Assembly (NCBI RefSeq): GCF_009914755.1
Contig: NC_060926.1
Strand: one strand, 5' to 3'
DNA from: the human T2T-CHM13v2.0 reference genome, Homo sapiens
DNA: 64,000 nt
In this document: positions 57,101 through 64,000 of the stretch, one piece after another
How positions within the stretch are numbered: the first letter of the stretch is position 1
How the letters are laid out: every line of letters begins with the position of its first letter
The notes under the pieces: generated by a model
Databases searched by the model: none
Seen by the model: the letters and a program-made list of their open reading frames with translations, nothing else
What the model was told of the DNA's origin: nothing
Position numbers and translations under genes: made by a program

Positions 57101-60100
57101 TGGACTCGAATGGAATCATCATCGAAAGGAATCCAATGGAAACATCGAATGAACTCAAATGGAATCATCATGGGATGGAATCGAATGGAATCATCAAATG
57201 TACTCAAATGGAATCATTGAATGGAATCTAATGGAATCATCGATTGGGATCTAATGGATTCATCGTATGGACTTGAATGGAATAATAGAATGGATTCAAT
57301 TGGAATCATCATCGAATGGAATCGAAGGAATCAACAAATGGACTCGAATAAAATCATCACCGAATGAAATGTAATGGAAGCATCATCGAATAGAATCATC
57401 ATCGAATGGAATAGAATGGGATCATCATCGAATGGAATCGAACGGAATCATCAACGAATGGAATCCAATGGTATCATCATCAAATGGAACCAAATGGAAT
57501 CATCGAATTGACAAAAATGGAATCATTGAATGGATTCGAATGGAATCATCATCGAATGGAATCGAATGGAAACATCAAATGGACTCGAATGGAATCATCA
57601 TTTAATGGAAACCAAAGGAATCATCATCAAATGAAATTGAAAGGAATCATTGAATGGACACAAATTGAATCATCATTGAATGGTATTGAATGGAATCATC
57701 GAAAGGAATTGATGGAATCATCATCGAATGGACTCGAATGGAATCATCATGGAATGGAATCGAAATGAATCATCATCGAATGGAATCAAATGGAATCATC
57801 AATGAATGGAATGCAATGGTATCATCATCAAATGGAACAGAAAGGAATCATTGAGTGGACTCAAATGGAATCATTGAATGGAATCGAATGGAATCATCAT
57901 CGAATGGAAATGAAGGGAAACATCGACTGGACTCGAATGGAATCATCATTGAATGCAAATGAATGGAGTAATCAAATGGACGAGAATGGAATTTTCATTG
58001 AATGGAATTGAATGGAATCATCATCAAACGGAATTGATTTGAATCATCATCAGATGGAACAGAATGGAATCATCAAATGGAATATAAAGGAATCATCATC
58101 GAATGCAATCGAATAGAATGATTGAATGAAAACGAATGGAATCATCATCGAATGGAATCAAATAGAATCATAATCGAATGGAATCTAATGGAATCATCAA
58201 CGAATGGAATTGAATGGAATCATCATCGAATGGAATCTAATGGAATCATCAACGAATGGAATCGCATGGAATCATCGAATGGAATCTAATGGCATCATCA
58301 TCGCATGGAACCAAATGGAATCATCATGGAGTGTAATCTAATGGAATCATCATCAAATGGAATCCAATAGGATCACTGAATTGAATGGAATGATCATCCA
58401 ATGAAATCAAAGGGAATCATCTAGTGGGATAGAAGGGAATCATTGAATGGAATCGAATGGAATCATCAAATGTATTCAAATGGAAACAACATCAAATGGA
58501 ACAGAATGGAATCATTGAATGGACTTGAATGGAATCATCATCGAATAGAATCAAATGGAATCATCGAATGGACATGAATGGAATCATCATTGAATAGAAT
58601 CGAATGGAAACATTGAATGGACTCAAATGGAATCATCATTGAATGGAATCGAATGGAATCATCGAATGACATAGAATAGAATAATCAATGAATGGAATCT
58701 AAAGGAATAATCGAATGGACTTGAATGGAATCATCATCGAATGGAATTGAATGGAATCATCGAATGGACTCGAATGGAATCATCATCGAATAGAATTGAA
58801 TGGAATCATTGAATGGACTCGAAGGGAATCATCATCGAATGGAATTGAATGGAATCATCAAATGGCATTCAATGGAATAATCATTCAATGGAATAGAATG
58901 GAGTCATCAAATGGAATCGAATGGAATGATCATCAAATGGAATCTAATTAAATCATCGAATGGAATCGAATGCAATCATCTCAAACAGAATCAAATAGAA
59001 TTATCCAATGGAATCAAATGGAATCATCATCGAATAGAATCAAATGGAACCATAGAATGGCATCGAATGGAATCATCATCAAATGGAATCATCATCGAAT
59101 GGAATAAAAAAAATCGAATGGATTTGAAAAGAATCATCAAATGGACATGAATGGAATCATCATCCAATGGAATGTAATGGAATTAACGAAAGGAATTGAA
59201 TGGAATCATCATCGAATGGAATCAAATGGAATCATCTAATGGACAGTAATGGAATCCTCATTGAATAGAATCTAATGCAATAATCGAATGGAAATGAATG
59301 GAATCCCCATCGAATGGAAGTGAATGGAATCATCAAATGGACCCGAATGCAATCATCATCAAATGGAATCAAATAGAATCTTTGTTGAATGGACTCTAAT
59401 GGAATCACCAAATAGACTCGAATGCAATCATCATCAAATGGAATCAAATAGAATCTTTGTTGAATGGACTCTAATGGAATCATCAAATAGACTCGAATGG
59501 AATCATCGAATGGAATTCAATGAAATCATGACAGAATGAATTGAATGGTATCATTGAATGGTCTTGAATGGAATAATTATCAAATGGAATCGGATGGAAT
59601 CACCGAATAGAATCGAATGGAATAATCATCAAATGGACTCGAATGGAATCATCATCAAATGGAATCGAATGGAATTATTGAATGGAATCGAATAGAATCA
59701 TTGAATGGACTCAAATGGAATCATCGAATGGAATGTAATGGAATAATCAATGAACTCGATTGGAATTATCATTGAATAGAAACGAATGGAATCATTGAAT
59801 GGAATTGAATGGAAACATCATCGAATGGAATCCAAAGGAAACATCATTGAATGCAACAAAATGGAATCTTCATCGAATGGACCAAAAGGAGTCATCATCG
59901 AATGGAATCACATGAAATCATCATCGAATGGAATCGAATGGAATCATCATCAAATGGAATCTAATGGAATCATCGAATGGAATTGAACGGAATCATTATC
60001 AAGTGAATTCAATGGAATCATCAAATGGTCTCGAATGGTATCATCATCAAATGGAATCAAATGGAATCATTGAATAGAATCGAATGGAGTAATCATCAAA

Positions 60101-63100
60101 TGGGCTCAAATGGAATCAACATCAAATGGAATCGAACGGAATTATCGAATGGAATTGAATAGAATCATCTAATGGACTCGAACGAAATCATTGAATGGAA
60201 AGGAATGGAATAATCAATGGACTCGAATGGAATCATCATCGAATGGAATCAAATGGAAACAACGAATGGACTCGAATGGAATCATCATCAAATGGAATGA
60301 AATGGAATCATCAAATGGACTCGAATGGAATCATCATCAAATGGAATCAAATGGAATCATTGAATGGACTCGAATGGAATCTTCATCGAATGGAATCGAA
60401 TGGAATCATTGAATGGACTCGAATGGAATCATGGAATGGACTCAAATGGAATCATCATCGAATGGTATCAAATGGAAATATTGAATTTACTCAAATGGAA
60501 TCATCAAATGGAATTGAATGGAATCATCATCGGATGGAAATGAATGGAATCATCATCGAATGGAATTGAATGAAATCATCGAATGGAATCAGATGGAATC
60601 ATCATCGAATGGAATCGAATACAATTATCGAATGAAATGCAATGTGATCATCATCAAATGGACTCGAATGGAATCATCATCGAATGGACTCGAACGGAAT
60701 CATCATCCAATGGAATCGAATGGAATCAACATCGAATGGAATCAAATGGAAACACCATCGAATTGAATGGAATGGAATCATCAAATGGACTCGAATGGAA
60801 TCATCATCAAATGGAATCATCATCAAATGGAATCAAATGGAATCATCGAATGGACTCTAATGGAATCTTCATCGAATGGAATCGAATGGAATCATTGAAT
60901 GGACTCGAATGGAATCATGGAATGGACTCAAATGGAATCATCATCGAATGGTATCAAATGGAAATATTGAATTTACTCAAATGGAATCATCAAATGGAAT
61001 TGAATGGAATCATCATCGGATGGAAATGAATGGAATCATCATCGAATGGAATCGAATGAAATCATCGAATGGAATCAGATGGAATCATCATCGAATGGAA
61101 TCAAATAAAATAATTGAATGAAATCCAATGTGATCATCATCAAATGGACTCGAATGGAATCATCATCGAATGGACTCGAACGGAATCATCATCCAATGGA
61201 ATCGAATGGAATCAACATCGAATGGAATCAAATGGAAACACCCTCGAATTGAATGGACTGGAATCATCACGGAATTGAAACGGATGAACTCATCATCAAA
61301 TGTATTCGAATGGAATCATCAAATGGAATTGATTGGAATCATCATCAAATGGAATCAAATGGAATCATTGAATGGAATCGAATGGAATTATCATTGGATG
61401 GAAACGAATGGAATCATCTTAGAATGGAATCGAATGGATTCATCGAATGGAATCAGATGGAATCATCATCGAATGGAATACAATAGAATCATTGAATGAA
61501 ATTGAATGGAATCATCATTGAATGGACTCGAATGGAATCATCATCCAATGGAATAGAATGGAATCAACATCAAATGGAATCGAAAAGAATCATCGAATGA
61601 AATCGAATGGAATAATCATTGAATGGAATCGAATGGAATCATCAATGAGTGGAATCGATGGAAGCATAGAATGGAATCCAATGTAATCGTGATCGAATTT
61701 AACCCAATGGAATCATTAAATGGACTCGAATGTGATCATCGAATAGACCCGAATGGAATAATCATCGAATGGAATTGAATGGAATCATCATCAAATGGAA
61801 TCAAGTGGAATCATCCAGTGGAAGAGAATTGAATCATCATCAAATGGAATCGAATAGAATCATCAAATGAAATGAAATGGAATCATCATCGAATGGAATT
61901 GAATGGAATCATCATCAAATGGAATCGAATGGAATCATCATCAAATGGAATCGAATGGAATCATCATCGAATGGACTCGAATGGAATCATCATCAAATTG
62001 AATCACATGCAATCATCGAAAGGAATTGAATGGAATAATCATCGAAAGAAATTGAATGGAATCATCGAATAGCATCAAATGGAATCATCATCGAATGAAA
62101 TCGAATGGAATCATGGAATGGAATAGAGTAAAATCATCATTGAATGGACTCGAATGGAATAATCGAATGGACTCGAAAGGAATCATCATCAAAAGGATTC
62201 GTATGGAATCATCGAATAGAATCTAATGGAATCATCAAATGGACTCGATTGGAATTATCATTGCATGGAATAGAATGGAATCATAGAATGGAATCAAATG
62301 CAATCATAATTGAGTGTAATCATATGGAATCATTGAATTGAATTGAATAGAGTCATCGTCAAATTAAATCACATGGAATCATCGAAAGCATTGGAAAGGA
62401 ATCATCATCCAATGGAATCGAATGGAAACAATGAATGGAATAGAATGGAAGCATCATCAAATGGAATCGAATGGAATCATCGAATGGACTCGGTTGGAAT
62501 CATCGTCGAATAGAATCGAATGGAATCATCATCAAATGGAATCGAATGGAATCATCATTGAATGGAATCGAATGCAATCATCATAGAAAGGAATGAAATG
62601 GAATTATCATCGAATGGAATCGAATGGAATCATTATCGAATAGAACCAAATGGAATCATCGAATGGAAATGAACGGAATCATAAATGAAGGGAATCCAAT
62701 GGAATCATCATCACATGGAACCGAATGGAATCATCGAATGGAATCGAATGGAATCATTGAATGGACTCGAATGGCATCATCATCGAATGGATTTGAGTGG
62801 AAACATCGAATGGACTCTAATGGAATCGTCATTGAATGGAATCAAAAGGAATCATCATCGAATGAAATCGAATGGAATCAATGAATGGACTCGAATGGAA
62901 TCATCATCGAATGGAATCGAATGGAATCATGGAATATACTCAAATGGATCATCATCGAATTGAAATGAATGGAATCATCAAAAGGAATCGAATGGAATCT
63001 TCATCGAATGAAACCGAATGGAATCATCGAATGGCATCAAATGGAATCATCATCGACTGGAATCAAATAGAATCATCTAACGGAGTCGAATCGAATCATC

Positions 63101-64000
63101 ATCAAATTGAATCATCATGGAATGGAATCAAATGGAAACAACATCGAATGGAATCGAATAGAATCATAATCGAATGGAATCTAATGGAATCATCAAAAGG
63201 AATAGAATGGAATAATTATCGAATGGAATCGAATAGCATCATCAAATGAAATCGAATGGAATCATCATCAAATGGAAGCCAATGGAATCATCATCGAATG
63301 GAATCGAATGGGATCATCATCGAATGGAATTGAAGAGAATCATCATCAAGTGGAATAGAATAGAATCATGAGTAAAGGGAATCGAATGGAATCATCGAAT
63401 GGAATCCAATGGAATCATCATTGAATGGAAACGAATGGAATCATCATCAAATCGAATGTAAAGTGGTCATCTTCGAATGGATTCTTATAGAATGATCATC
63501 GAATGGCATCGAATGGAATTATCATGGAATGGAATCGAATGGAATCATCATCGAATGGAATCGAATGGAAACATCGAATGGACATGAATGCAATCCTCAT
63601 CGAATGGAATTGAATGGAATCAATGAATGGACTCGAATGGAATCATCCTCGAATGGAAACAAATAGAATCATCATTGAATGGACTCGAATGAAATCATCA
63701 AATAGACTCGAATGGAATCATTGAATGTACTAGAATGCAATTGTCATCACTGGGATCATATGCAATTATCATCAAATGGAATCTAATGGAATCACCATCA
63801 AAAGGAATCGAATGGAATCATCACTGAATGGAATCCAATGGAATCATTGAATGGAATCGAATGGAATCATCATCAAAAGGAATTGAAGTGAATCATCGAG
63901 TGGAATCGAATGGAATCATCTATTGGAATTGAATGGAATCATCATCGAATGGACTCAGATGGAATCATCATTGAATGGATCAGAATAGAATCATCGAATG
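48103..64000 (+). repeat. HSat2, GGAAT orientation on + strand; continues past the window end
   Basis: GAATGGAATCATCATCGAATGGAATCGAATGG and GGACTCGAATGGAATCATC units throughout, diverged and with internal duplications. Confidence 0.97.

Overview
Hominid (human-like) pericentromeric or acrocentric-type heterochromatin boundary. I find no supportable protein-coding or RNA gene. Bases 1-8.7 kb are a non-satellite flank containing old L1 fragments, an AluYc/Yd-lineage element, an ERV1 LTR remnant and an AluJ-like right arm about 110 bp before the satellite. From about 8760 to the end the window is classical human satellite. It has (CATTC)n HSat3 with the CACTCGGGTTG decamer (8.76-23.3 kb), more diverged GACTCGAATG-type HSat3 (23.3-39.8 kb) and HSat2 (39.8-64 kb). 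A 5'-truncated L1PA2-like element is inserted at 41.3-42.9 kb. The satellite switches strand three times (about 15802, 39798 and 48102). The 39798 switch is also the HSat3/HSat2 boundary and forms a perfect 36-bp palindrome. Many nested tandem duplications (50 bp to about 6 kb) allow events to be ordered. The hundreds of MEWNG/IPFHS/MESSSNG ORFs are artefacts of the pentamer repeat. I see no evidence of a novel gene system; the interest lies in array architecture. Repeat subfamily calls are from recalled consensus sequences, not from a database search.
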